Below are positions 10,893-22,942 of a stretch of DNA of 64,000 nucleotides, one piece after another. Position numbers and translations under genes: made by a program. The notes below the pieces were generated by a model. It did not search any database, had not been told where the DNA came from, and worked only from the letters and a program-made list of their open reading frames with translations. Origin of the DNA: Squalus acanthias (lineage: Eukaryota). Each line of letters opens with the position of its first letter. Position 1 is the stretch's first letter. The stretch covers positions 104,286,001 through 104,350,000 of the forward strand of contig CM059431.1 in NCBI GenBank assembly GCA_030390025.1. Reading direction: 5' to 3'.

Positions 10893-12693
10893 TCAGAAGT
10901 CTGGGTTGTATGGGGCTGTTGCTACCTCCCCGTGCGAAATCATAAGAGATCGCATGGCTCCTAACATTGATTCTATCGCATCGGGATGGATAGGCACACC
11001 AGCTCCTTTCTCAGAGACAGGCGCTTGGGTTCGGACTGCGGGAGCTTTTTCCCTGGAATCCTTCCAGGGATTCCTGCAGTTTTTACGCCAGTGACCTGTC
11101 TTTCCGCACCCGTAAAAAGCACCACTGGCCTGTGGGGCGCGGTTTCCCTCCTGATGCCACTCCTTTTGAGCCGGGGCTGCGGGCCGTACCTCATGCACCT
11201 TTCCCTTAAGGGGACACGCTCCCGTGCTCCTAGTGTTCCGATACCCTATCGTGAGTCGATTTAGGACCGACTCCTCTGTTGTGGCGGGGTTAGTGGGATC
11301 AAACCATGCTTTGGCCTGCTCCCTGACAGCTGGCAAACTGTTGGCTACTAAACACCTGAGCCAATGAGTTAAACCGGCACCGTCCAAATAATCGCGCCCT
11401 GGCGCACCTGGGCAGCTACGCTGGTATACTGGCCACAGCCTGTCGGCGAAAACCTTCGGGGGTTCTCCCTCCATCTCAACTGTCTGACCCAATCTAACGA
11501 ACGGACCTTCGTCATCCGCCCCTAACACTTCTAGGACCTCGTCCCTTAACTTCTCATAGGTATTATTTCCCCTCTTGCTCTCGACTGAGAGACACTGAAG
11601 GATCGAGCTATCTAACGAGAACAGCAACATTTTAGTCTTTTCCGCATCGTCGCAGCCATTAATTGCTGCGGTCTGTTCTACCTCCCTGAAGTGTACGGAA
11701 GGGTCGTCTGACTCAGACAGCTTCCGTACATGACTAATCATCGCTCTCAGCTGGTGTGAGCTGTGAGGCAACACAAGCTGGTTCAGGACATCCCCGTCTG
11801 CCCCATTGTCTCCGTTCGGGCCCCTCTTGTGACCTGTAAGCGGACACAACGGTCCCGGCTTTCGACACTACCTCTGGGGATTGTCCTACCTCGGGGACCT
11901 CCTCTTCTATTTCCACCACTTCCTTCCTTACCCAGGTTGCCGAATAGCTGGGTGGCGCAGAGGGCGCAGTGGCAAATACCTCCTCTGCTTTGTCTGGTAG
12001 GGATTTTGGGAATTCCCTACCCACCTGTGGCTGGTGTGCTGACGGGCTGATGAGGCACACCATGCCGTTTGCCTTATTCAGGGTCTCTCTTAGGCTCCCT
12101 ATCTCCTTCTGGCAAACACTGTGGTCGGCTCCCTCATGCTTATCTTCGAGGGCCATCTTATATGCCGCCCTAACTCCCTTCAAGCTTTCTTCTTGGGCTC
12201 TTATCTGGGTAGCTAGGCGAGCACACCGTTCTCTAATCCTACCCTCGTTTAACTTCGCTTCTGTGACCTGACACTCTAGTTAATCTATTTTAGCCTCATG
12301 GTGGTTGGCTACTATCTGGCGTTCCTGATGTAACGCATTCAAGGATGCGATGAGTTTCTGTCCTCCCGTGACCTTTTCCTCCATCTCAACTTCCAATTCC
12401 CTGATCTGAGCTGCCTGTGCTACAATGACCTGGTCCGAAAGTTGGACTTGCTTCTTGTAGCACATCAGCCAGACCGCTTTCTCTACCGACTTCTTATGCT
12501 CTTTACTGTCTGTCCATTTGATGGCTGCGTCTAGCGGACGCTTATCCATCAGCAGGTCACTTATCCACCTTTTGGTTAAGTTAACCTTCCCAAACACATA
12601 GTCGGCTACCCTCTCATCCATCACATTTCGCCTATTCACACCAGGGTCTAAAACATTACTCTCTCGCTGCCAGCCTCGTGCCGCGGTCGCCAT
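10893..12693 (-). pseudogene. gag: gag (coiled-coil N-terminus, capsid-like domain, degenerate CCHC knuckle); one in-frame TAA (12280-12282) and one frameshift (~11850-11900)
   Basis: ORFs 12280-12693 and 11734-12183 are in one frame; 10893-11849 has capsid-like DPSVHFREVE and EGEPPKVFADRL, and F-YGCGKTGHWRKNC. Confidence 0.8.
12675..12692 (-). promoter_or_regulatory. Putative primer-binding site overlapping the gag ATG
   Basis: LTR-CA GAAAA TGGCGACCGCGGCACGAG; the first 8 nt fit a tRNA-Arg(TCG)-type 3' end (from memory). Confidence 0.5.
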
Positions 12694-12697
12694 TTTC

Positions 12698-14358
12698 TGT
12701 AAGGGGTTTCGGTCGTAGGTGCTTGTGCGGGGTTAGGCCTTCGTTGCCTAATACTATTGCTTGCTCTGGTCTCCAGCCAGCCTTGTTGCAATAAGCACCT
12801 GTGAGTGGTTCGACCCACTCGCCCTTACGGTTCTAACACTGGACTTAGGTGCGAGAGCAGTAATGCAGAGAAAAACTCAAATAGACCTGGTTGAATAGTA
12901 CAAAATGGAAATCTTTATTGCATAACGTCCAAAATCATGAAGTACATGTCATAGGCACAAATTAATGACAGTACAAGTATACATACATTCATAAAACTTG
13001 GTCTAGGGTAATGAGGAACGCACGGCACATCGTAAAAAGGGGAACACATTATATTTATCCTTAATAAAATCACCCTCCCCTATCAATACCTACACTAATC
13101 TAGATTTGTAGGATCAAGGAAACATGCTCACCACTCGTGATACTTCGGAGAATTTTAAAGTAAGGCACTCGGCTTGTTTCGCTGCAACACCTGACCGTCA
13201 CGTGTTGGAAAGGGTCTCTGTACCCCACTTGGTTATCTTCTCTGATCCGGCTAGCAGGCTGGGCTCCCCGTTGTCATGAAGAACTCGACAGTGCTCGGGG
13301 CCCGGCTGTAGAACTCAAAGAAAAGTCTTTCTGGACCGACACCAGTTGTCGATAGAATTCGAAGAAAAGTCTTTGACCAGTTCATGCAGTAACCTGTAGA
13401 GTTCAAAAATGGTCTATATATTTTCGGGCGCAGACGGGGTTTACTGACCGCGGCGGCACGTGGATTCTTCTTCTTCTCTTCTCATCTCGTCTCGTCTCAT
13501 CTCTTCGGGCCTTCGGGTCCAGAACACCGTTTACCGACCCTCGGGATGGTGCACCCGGTCACTGGCCTTCGTTGAGGCGGCTCGCTCCAAATTGAGCTCC
13601 ACCCAACATAGGAGAATAAAAGTTCAGCCCGCGTCCAGAGTCAGTTCAAACGAATCAGCCCCGGGAGGATCAGAGGAATAAGAGAGTTCAGCAGCCAGCA
13701 GCAAGATAAGAGTCAAGAGCCAAGAGACCGATGGACATTTGTGCACTATAGTTATAGTGCTGTGTTCCCTTATCTCCCGCCCAAATCTTAATGTTCATCC
13801 TTTGTAAAATCTTGGCGCTCAAAATTCCCAGTATGGGGTGATTCTTTCCTTTAATGGGTTTCGGTAGCACCTTAAACTGGCCAACTATCCGTTAATGTTT
13901 TCCCCATTGTCGAACCAGCTAGGAGTCTCCCTGACTGGTTTTGGGGCCTCCTCGAATACTGACATAATCACCCGAGAATGGCTCTCTCATTGTAGAGCCG
14001 TGGGGAATTTGCGTATTGATGTATTTGGATGGGCCTTCGATTGCCCAGTACAATGGTCCTTACTTGTGCATGGAAAACGATTCCAGCACTTATCTCTTGC
14101 TATTGTGTCGAATGCAGACAGGTTGCATCCTGTCTTTATCAGTGTTTGCTGCGTATTAACCAATCTTATACTGAAATGTTTATTCGAACACCATCTTGTC
14201 TGCCCACTGTATTCTGGAAGCTTCTGCCACGATGCTCGGCAGCCATTTTACAGGCTTCTGTGACCTTTATATCATGACAGTATTTCGTTGAAATAAAACT
14301 GATGAAACGAATCTGCTTTATCTCGTTATTTCGAATCGCGATAATTGCGAATTTTACA
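12698..14358 (-). repeat. 5' LTR (1661 bp)
   Basis: TG..CA termini; direct repeat of 4638-6753. Confidence 0.95.
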
Positions 14359-15097
14359 TAAGAGCGACTGTTGTCTTTACGATGACAGGCCATACAATGG
14401 GAATCAAAAAGCCCAAAGCACATGTCAGTGAGCTTGTTCCTGTTGAGTCAAAAACAACGGGCATCGATGTTCTGTCAGTCCCAAATAGTTGGTTCCTTGC
14501 TGAATTATTTTTTTTCTCCTTCTTTTCTCTCTGCTGTTGTAAAGGAACTGATGCTGTACAGTGAACGCTGTAACCAAATGAGACATTGCCGTTACTCATT
14601 AACATGACAAAACGAGCCTGTGCTGTGAAAAAAATAACACGCAAGTCTTTAAAGCGGCTTCAATTGTGCCTTATAATGTATGCAGATCACACTGGGGTTT
14701 GATAGGGAAATCACAGGTTGCCTTACGTTAGTCGAGTCTGCCCTGCTCTAATTAGTTTAATTAGTGCTTTAGTCACTGTGCGGTAATCCATTATGACTGT
14801 GGTTAATTAACTCTGGAATAGATGAGTTTGCAATAATTACACCTAAAGTCACTTTGGGTGGATGTTGAATCTGGACAAGCCCATGATATTGGTCCCAAAT
14901 TCTTCAACTCCTTAATCAGCGCTTGGCAGCCATTGGCATTAAATACCGACACACGAATCTTCAATAAATGTTTCAGTTAGATTCAGCAGAAGCTGCACCC
15001 AAATTTTTCGAATGCTGTAGCAACGTCTTAATACTACCAAACATTAATGTTTCATTTAATGGAAAATAGTAGCTGGGCACTTTTCTGATTTTAAAAA

Positions 15098-15497
15098 AAA
15101 TTCATTCACAGGATGCGGGCGTCGCTGATTCCTAATTGCCCTTGAGAAGGTGGTGGTGAGCCACCTTGTACAACTGAGTGGCTTGCTAGGCCATTTCAGA
15201 GGGCAGTTAAGAGTTGACCAACATTGCTGTGGGTCTGGAGTGACATATAGGCCAGACTGGGTAAGGACAGCAGATTTCCTTCCCTAAAGGACATTAGTGA
15301 ACCAGATGGTTTCATTAATGACACATCCAGTCGTTTCATGGCCACCATTATTGATACTAGCTTTTTATTCCAGATTTATTGAATTGAATTTAAAAATTCT
15401 CCAGCTACCATGGTGGAGATTTAAACTCATGTTGCTACAGATCATTAGTCCAGGCCTCTAGGATTATGAATCCCATAACATAACCACTACACTACCT
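15098..15497 (-). mobile_element. tRNA-derived SINE with a tail shared with the CR1-like LINE at 17250-19335
   Basis: Minus-strand head GTAGTGGTTATGTTA...GAGTTTAAATCTCCACC; tail CACCACCTTCTCAAGGGCAATTAGG. Confidence 0.65.
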
Positions 15498-15870
15498 GCT
15501 TAACAAATGAATGACTTAACTATTAACTACTTTAGCAATAAACGTTGCCGCCAGTCATTAAGCCTGACTGCAAAATGTAAGCACGGAGCAAAACCACCCA
15601 AATTCAAATTATCTTGCCAAGTCTATTCCAACAGTGCTGTGTACGGGCAAATGTCATCGATATATTTTCATAACTAGAGCTGCTTGAAATGTTGTGTTCT
15701 GTGGGGATTTTTTGCACTCCACATAATACAATAATAGTGTTATCAGTGCAAACGTGGTTATCAAAAGGGGCATATTCCCAGCTTCAATTCCTTTCTTATC
15801 CATCAATTTTTAAAAACTTATATTTACTAAGTTCCTGTGATAGGAATTTAGACTAGCGCTGTGATTAAAT

Positions 15871-17022
15871 TGCCCGGAATTTAGGGTAGTAATAATGACG
15901 AGGCTGTCAGCGTTTACCATAATTACTGGGTAAAACTGACAGCAACTTCTGGCGTCCGCACATGCGCAGTTAAACGCGGAAATCCGGAAGTTGGTGTCAG
16001 TGATACCCTGCTCCACAGGGTGTGCTGTTGCAGTCTTCGCCGATGGACTCAACACAGAGATCACTGTTGAGGCGTAAGTCATGCTGCCGTGATTATTAAC
16101 ACCGCTTTAAAAAGAATTGTGCTGGAAGCCGGCCCCACCCTCAAAACTGGCCACACCTCTGAATCTAAATAACGAGCGCGCCGAGTTTCCGCTGATTGCG
16201 GCTCTTCGAGGAGGCTCTCCAAATTGAACTGTTTTTGTCGCTGCACGGGCTCCATAAGGCACCTTTTAAAATATTTAAAAATATTGTCCCGTATTTTCCG
16301 ATCGGAGGCTTCCTGCGTGCGGAGGGCTCCGATCTGGAAAAAATCTACGCCCTTACCTGAGGGCTCCCGAGGTCCGGACACTTCCGATCCTGGGCCTCTC
16401 CAACTCGAAATGTGCAGGGCCCACGTATCCCAGGGGCGCAGGCGGTTCGCAAGCGTCCCTGGGATCACGTGGGCCATGGGGAACCAATAGGAGAAGGGAA
16501 TCGGCCTTCATACACTTGACAGATAGACCTGTCAAATATATGAATGGAGATCACCCCAAAAACACATCAAAACATTAAATACATTTTTTTTAAAACACAT
16601 CACTTTTTAAAAATGAGTTGGAATTACAATAAATTAAATATTTTAAACAAAAATTTAATTTTTTGAAAAAAATAATTAAAGTTTTTTACAGGGCTAAAAA
16701 CAAACTTACCTTTTTTAAAAGTATTTTTAAAGTATAAATGAGTGAAAACATTTTTTTAAACTTTTTTTCTACTCTTATGCTTTTACCAGGCGTAAGATTT
16801 CTAAGGGTTTTCTGCGGGCAGAGGTTCTCCAGAAAGCGGAACTCTCCCCCCGCAGAGGCCCTTCTCCAGGTCAGGCGTCCGATCTGTCAAGAGGTTTCTT
16901 GACAGATCGGAAATACCGGTTTTCAGCACATGCGCTTCCCGTACCTGAAACCGGTATTTCTGACGTCCCTATGGGTGTGTACACAGCTCGTACACACCCG
17001 TAGGCACTGGAATATACGGCCC
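15871..17022. mobile_element. Non-autonomous Harbinger-like DNA element with AT-rich core
   Basis: Degenerate TIRs (T/G)GCCCGGAATT / AATATACGGCCC; internal homology to 33436-34199 and 63065-63816. Confidence 0.6.
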
Positions 17023-17249
17023 ATTAAATTTACTAAGAAGCTGACTAGTGTGCACCACTGAAACTAGTCATTTTTTTTAAAGCATGTTCAGTGATTTAAA
17101 ATCAGATAACTCACAGGTGGTGGACTAGACACTCTTATTCAAAATGCTTAGTTTTTTTGTTGTGAACTCATTTTCAGCTGTGTTAATGAAACTGCACCGG
17201 GTTACCACTCTTACAATCATCAATTATTCATTGATAACAGCAGCATAAT

Positions 17250-19335
17250 TGTATTACACCACAATCTGTAACCTCATGGCCCAGCATATCCCTCACTCTA
17301 CCATTGCCATCAAGCCAGGGGACCAACCCTGGTTCAATAAGGAGTGTAGAAGAGCATGCCAGGAGCAGCACCAGGCGTACCTAAAAATGTGGTGCCAACC
17401 TGGGGAAGCTGCAACACAGGACTATATGCATGCTAAAAAGTGGAAGCAGCATGCTATAGACAGGGCTAAGTGATCCCACAATCAACGGATCAGATCAAAG
17501 CTCTGCAGTCCTGCCACATCCAGTCATGAATGGTGGTGGACCATTGAACAATTAACGGGAGGAGGAGGCTCCATGAATATCCCCATCCTCAATGATGGTG
17601 AAGCCCAGCACATGAGTGCAAAAGATGAGGCTGAAGCGTTTGCAAGCATCTTCAGCCAGAAGTGCCGAGTGGATGATCCATATCAGCCTCCTCCTGAGGT
17701 CCCCACCATCACAGAAGCCAGTCTTCAGCCAATTCGATTCACTCCACGTGATATTAAAAAACAGCTGAGCACACTGGAAACAGGAAAGGCTATGGGCCCC
17801 GACAATATCCCGGCTATCGTGCTGAAGACTTGTGCTCCAGAACTAGCTGCGCCTCTAACTAAGCTATTCCAGTACAGCTACAACACTGGCATCTATCTGA
17901 CAAAGTGGCAAACTGCCCAGGTATGTCCTGTCCACAAAAGGCAGGACAAATCCAATCCGGCCAATTACCGCCCCATCAGTCTACTCTCAATCATCAGCAA
18001 AGTGATGGAAGGTGTCATCGACAGTGCTATCAAGTGGCACTTACTCACCAATAACCTGCTCACTGATGCCCAGTTTGGGTTCTGGCAGGATCACTCGGCT
18101 CCTGACCTCATTACAGCATTGGTCCAAACATGGACAAAGGAGCTGAATTCCAGAGGTGAGGTGAGAGTGACTGCCCTTGACATCAAAGCAGCATTTGAAC
18201 GAGTGTGGCATCAAGGAGCCCTAGTAAAACTGAAGTCAATGGGAATCGGGGGGAAAATGCTCCACTGGCTGGAGTCATACCTAGCACAAAGGAAGATGGT
18301 TGTGGTGGTTGGAGGTCAAGCATCGCAGCCCCAGGACATCGCTGCAGGAGTTCCTCAGTGCAGTGTCCTAGGCCCAACCATCTTCAGCTGCTTCATCAAT
18401 GACCTTCTGTCCAACATAAGGTCAGAAATGGGGATGTTCGCTGATGACTGCACAGTGTTCAGTGCCATTCACAACTCCACAGATAATGAAGCAGTCCATG
18501 CCCGCATGTAACAAGACCTGGACAACATTCAGGATTGGGCTGATAAGTGGCAGGTAACATTTGCGCCACACAAGTGCCAGGCAATGACTATCTCCAACAA
18601 GCGAGTGTCTAACCACCTCCCCTTGACAGTCAATGGCATTACCATCGCCGACTCCCCCTCTATCAATATCCTGGGGGGTCAACATTGACCAGAGACTTAA
18701 CTGAACCAGCCACATAAATACTGCGGCAACAAGAACAGGTCAGAGGCTAGGTATTCTGCAGCGAGTGTCTCACCTCCTGACTCCCAAAGCCTTTCCACCA
18801 TCTACAAGGCACAAGTAAGGAGTGTGATGGAATACTCTCCACTTGCCTGGATGAGTGCAGCTCCAACAACACTCAAGAAGCTTGACACCATCCAGGACAA
18901 ACCAGCCCGCTTGATTGGCACCCCATCCACCACCTTAAACATTCACTCCCTCCACCACTGGCGTACCGTGGCTGCAGTGTGTACCACCTACAAGATGCAC
19001 TGCAGCAACTCACCAAGGCTTCTTTGGCAGCACCTCCCAAACCCGTGACCTCTTCCACCTAGAAGGACAAGGGCAGCAGGCGCATGGGAACACTACCATC
19101 TCCAATTCCCCTCCAAGTCACACACCATCCTGACTTGGAAGTATTTCGCCGACCCTTCATCGTCGCTGGGTGAAAATCCTGGAACTCCCTCCCTAACAGC
19201 ACTGTGGGAATACCTTCACCACACAGACTGCAGCAGTTCAAGAAGGAGGCTCATCACCACCTTCTCAAGGGCAATTAGGGATGGGCAATAAATGCTGGCC
19301 TTGCCAGCGACGCCCACATCCCATGAACAAATTTT
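17250..19335 (+). mobile_element. 5'-truncated CR1-group LINE with decayed RT ORF2
   Basis: AMGPDNI, NYRPISLLS, QFGF, GVPQCSVLGP and FADD motifs (17573-18511); stops and frameshifts. Confidence 0.9.
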
Positions 19336-19615
19336 TAAAAATTAATATTTCCTAAGAAATAAACAATTACGTTCTGTGGCGTTGCTCAAGTGCGCTGGTA
19401 CATGGAAGATTCTAGGTTTGAGATTATGCAATTGGGCGGAAACTTGTACCATAACTTCACTTTGGAAAACCAGCATAATTTCAAGCGCAATTTGTGCCCA
19501 GATTGCTGATTGCACCCAAAGCGGAAACTCCACCCTAGTAACGGTTTATTTGTCTCATGGTGCTGTGGCACAACACACTTTTCTAATTTTCCTTGATTAG
19601 AGATTTGAAGATAAT

Positions 19616-20507
19616 GGGGTAAAAATTCAGTTGGTTGCGCCTCCCGTTAGCACCTTAAGAGGGCGCTAATGGGGCGCAAAGCCGCTAACGCCCGGGCGCA
19701 GCAATGTTTGTGCCGCTCGGGAACTTAACTTGACATTGTGCGGCGGCGCTAAAACTTACCGCTGCGACCACCTGCGCGCGCAGATTGTGACGTCATTCCA
19801 TGGTGCAACGCCCTTGTGGCGCCCCGGCGCGGAAATTGAGTGGCGCCCCCTGCCTTACCGCCTGGCGCTTCCAACGACCAGAAGACTGGAACGCTATCAA
19901 TCGCTGTGGGGCTGGGGGGGCGCTATTTAAAGGGGGCCTCTTCCTGTCTTTTATTGTTGGTGGCATTTTTGAACTACTCATTCTGAGAGAGAGAGGGAGA
20001 GACTTCTGGAGAGATTCAACGTTGTGTGAAGGAGTTTTGGGTACTGAGCAGCACTTTGCAGGTTCATTTTGATTTGCCATTCCTTGTATCGATTTAGCAG
20101 AGACTGTGGGAGCTGCACTCTGAGCTCTTTGCCTGGTACTCTCCATTGTTCTTTCCAGCACATTTGATGTGCAAGTCTCTCCAGGCCGAGATTCAAGGCT
20201 GCAATGAACAGGATGTGGATGGAAAGCAAGATTAACCATCCCCTTTAAGAACTGGCCCGTGCCATTGTGTGTGTGTTCCATTGCTGACTGACATTACATG
20301 AGCTTCGCCAGCGCTCTGAGTTAGCGCCTCACTCCTTGGCCTTTGCGCCTTAAGACAGGTGTGCAGCGCCTGCTTTAGCGCTCCACTCACCTCCCGGGGC
20401 GGTAAAAGTGAAGTTTCCTGTCAGTGCCGATAATTAGCGCCAGGCGCTAATATTTGCGTCCAGACGATATTTGCGCCCCAAATGGGGCGCGACCTAATTT
20501 GTACCCC
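19616..20507. mobile_element. Non-autonomous Harbinger-like element (~890 bp), copy 1
   Basis: TIR GGGGTAAAAATT / AATTTGTACCCC, 3-bp TSD AAT; near-identical to 60532-61426. Confidence 0.88.
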
Positions 20508-20667
20508 AATCACTTTGAAATTCTTCTCAGAAACATTTAAGTAGTTCTTTTTTAGAAATAATTTATTTCATTGTTCTTGCATTGTACGAAAATGTTCACA
20601 CTTTCTCAGGGTGGTATAATATTGAATAACAGAATATCTACATGCCTGATATTTGCAGATACATCAG

Positions 20668-21425
20668 GGTGAGAAATTCCCCTCGAGCACCGTTTGCGGC
20701 ACTAAATCAGAAAAGCTGGAAAAGTTAGCGCCAGGCACGAACCTCTTCCAGACTTCTAATATTCCCACTTTTTGCTCTAAGAGGGAAGTGGGGCGCTAAA
20801 TCAATCGCTCCACTTCCTTCTTGGATACAAGAGGGGGGGAAGTTCCCGACCCGGGGCGCACGGCTCAGCAGCGCTGCGCACTGGGCCGCGTGGCGCTGAC
20901 ACGTTACAGGGGCTCTTCCCTGAATTAAAGGGAAGGGCCCCACGCTGCAAAATCTGCAGTTTTTTTTTTAACTTACCTGCAGCACCGGGGAGCGGGGGTG
21001 CCGCGCGATCAAGCAGAGTGCTGGGCTGACTGACCACGGCGCGGAGCCCGCGTCCGGAGCAAAAAAATTAATTTTCGAAAAAGACGACATTTTTTTCAGG
21101 GCGGCCGGCCACCTCACCTTTAACTTCCGCCCCGCTAGCGGCCGGGCCGCCCTGCTTGCGTCCCCTGCAGCGGTCGCTGCCATCGCCCGGCGCTGCTGCA
21201 GGGGGCCAAGGGGAATTTTTCTGCTGGGGCGCTACTGGAGCGATACGCCCGGAGATGATGTCATCATCTCCGGGCGCATGAGTTCGGGGCGCAACCACGT
21301 AGCGCCGCCGCTAAACTCCCGCGGAATTTGGCGGGAGGTGTGGTCAGCGCCGCAGCCGGGTGAAAAGGCCTTTGCGCCCCGTTAGCGCCCCCCACGGGAG
21401 GCGTAAAGGAGGAGAATTTCTCCCC
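20668..21425. mobile_element. GC-rich Harbinger-like MITE
   Basis: TIR GG(T/G)GAGAAATTC / GAATTTCTCCCC; repeated TAGCGCC/GGCGCTA subterminal motifs. Confidence 0.7.
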
Positions 21426-21514
21426 ATGAGAGTCTTATACAGATATACAGTACTTCACACTTGAGTGGGGTAACGTTTTTGTGGGACTAGGGTGATTTAT
21501 TGCTAAGGTGGAAC

Positions 21515-22100
21515 CATAGAAATGACAGCAGATGGAGATTATTCAATCCATCATGCCTGTGCCAGCATTAACTGTTCAACTGGGGCTATTTCCTCTAATC
21601 CCAATTCCCCGCCCTCTCCCCATATCCATTTATAATCTTCCTTTTCTAATATTTATCCAATTCCCTTCCATGTCCTAATATCCTTCTCTTTGATCTATTC
21701 AATGTCTTGTATCAATTTGACAACACTTCCTTGTTTTTATATCCAATTCCCTGAATCATAAAACCCAGAATCACAATTGACTTTTTTACAGTCTTTTCGC
21801 TCTGCAGTCCCTGAAGATCTGTGTACCCATATTCCTACCTGTATTTGTTCTCAACTGTGTTAAGAATCTTATCATTGAAGGTATATTATTTTCCATGTTC
21901 CTTTACCTGAAATGAACTACTTCACATTTCTCTGCCTCGAACTGTATCTGCCACCTCTCTGCCCATTCCCTAACCGGTTTATGTCTTCTTTTAGATTTCT
22001 ATGTCCTCTAATTTGGGCTCAGCAGCAAACTTCATTATTATTCCTCTTGTTGCTATCTCCAAGCCAAATATAAATGGAAATCAAAAGAGGCTCCATGAAG
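21515..22100 (-). mobile_element. Old degraded CR1 fragment
   Basis: CR1-like 3' tail and decayed RT 3' sequence (ACTTCACATTTC...ATCTGCCAC, TCAGCAGCAAAC). Confidence 0.5.
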
Positions 22101-22246
22101 TTCGGATCACCTGACTCTGGGGTTTTGCCAGACTGCAGACCTTTGATTATTTTCTGGATTTTTGTTGGCCAGGATTAGGGAGTCCAGTATATGCAGGATG
22201 GAGTCTGCTGAACCTCCTGTTGACAGACCTAAAGAAAGAAAGATGT

Positions 22247-22940
22247 GGGGCTAGAATTGCGTACATTAGCGCCTCCCGTTAGCGCCTCCACCAGGACGCG
22301 GTGCCGCTAACGACTCCTGCTAAATTCGTGTGGGAATTTAACGGCGGCGCTAACACATCGTCACTGTGCGCAGCACCCCATTTTCAACACCCCCTGCAAA
22401 ATTGGGCCGCGCCCCCTGAATCTGCGCTGCGCGATGACAGCGACCGATTCAGGGGGCGGGAATGGAGCGGCAGGAGGCTCGCGGGGCGCTAAGTAAAGGG
22501 GAGGTGGCGGGCGGGGAAAAAAAGTCATCCAACTTATTTGTCGCGGCCCGTTGCGTCTTTGAACGCGGGGTCCATGCCGTGATCTAGCAGCCCAGCACTC
22601 CTCTTGTGTGCCGGGCTGCTGGCACGGCACCCCGCTCCCCGGTGGTCCAGGTAGGGCCCCGCAGAGTTGTGGGCTTGGGCCCTCCCCTTTAATGAGGGGA
22701 AGAGCCCTTCCATGTGGCAGCACTACGTGGCCCAGAGCGCAGCGCTGCAGAACGCACCGCCCTGATATTCGGGGTTGTCGCTCTAAGAAGGAAGTAGATC
22801 GCTTGAATTAGCGCTCCACCCCCCTCTTGGGGCGCTAAAACTGAATTTTGTGGTCGGCGGCATTAATTAGTGCTGGGCGCTAAAGTTAGCACCCAGATGA
22901 TGTCAGCGCCCCAATATGGTCGAAACTGAATTTTTCCCCC
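22247..22940. mobile_element. GC-rich Harbinger-like MITE
   Basis: GGGGCTAGAATT / AATTTTTCCCCC termini; inverted relative of 20668-21425 and 24668-25357. Confidence 0.7.
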
Positions 22941-22942
22941 TT

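Larger units (their letters stand above)
4638..14358 (-). mobile_element. Full-length pol-less endogenous retrovirus-like LTR element (LTR-gag-ORF2-env-LTR)
   Basis: Paired LTRs with TG..CA ends, TSD TAAG (4634-4637 and 14359-14362), PBS-like TGGCGACC, PPT, gag and env frames; no RT, IN or PR motifs seen. Confidence 0.93.

Noticed and set aside
4638..14358. Assignment as a foamy virus (long LTRs, 4-bp TSD, donor in R)
   Set aside because: Gag has a CCHC-type knuckle, the PBS is not the tRNA-Lys TGGCGCCC type, and the Env layout differs; there is no RT to place it
19793..20281. 162-aa ORF repeated at 60709-61200
   Set aside because: Lies within a young non-autonomous element; conservation reflects recent copying and no domain is recognisable
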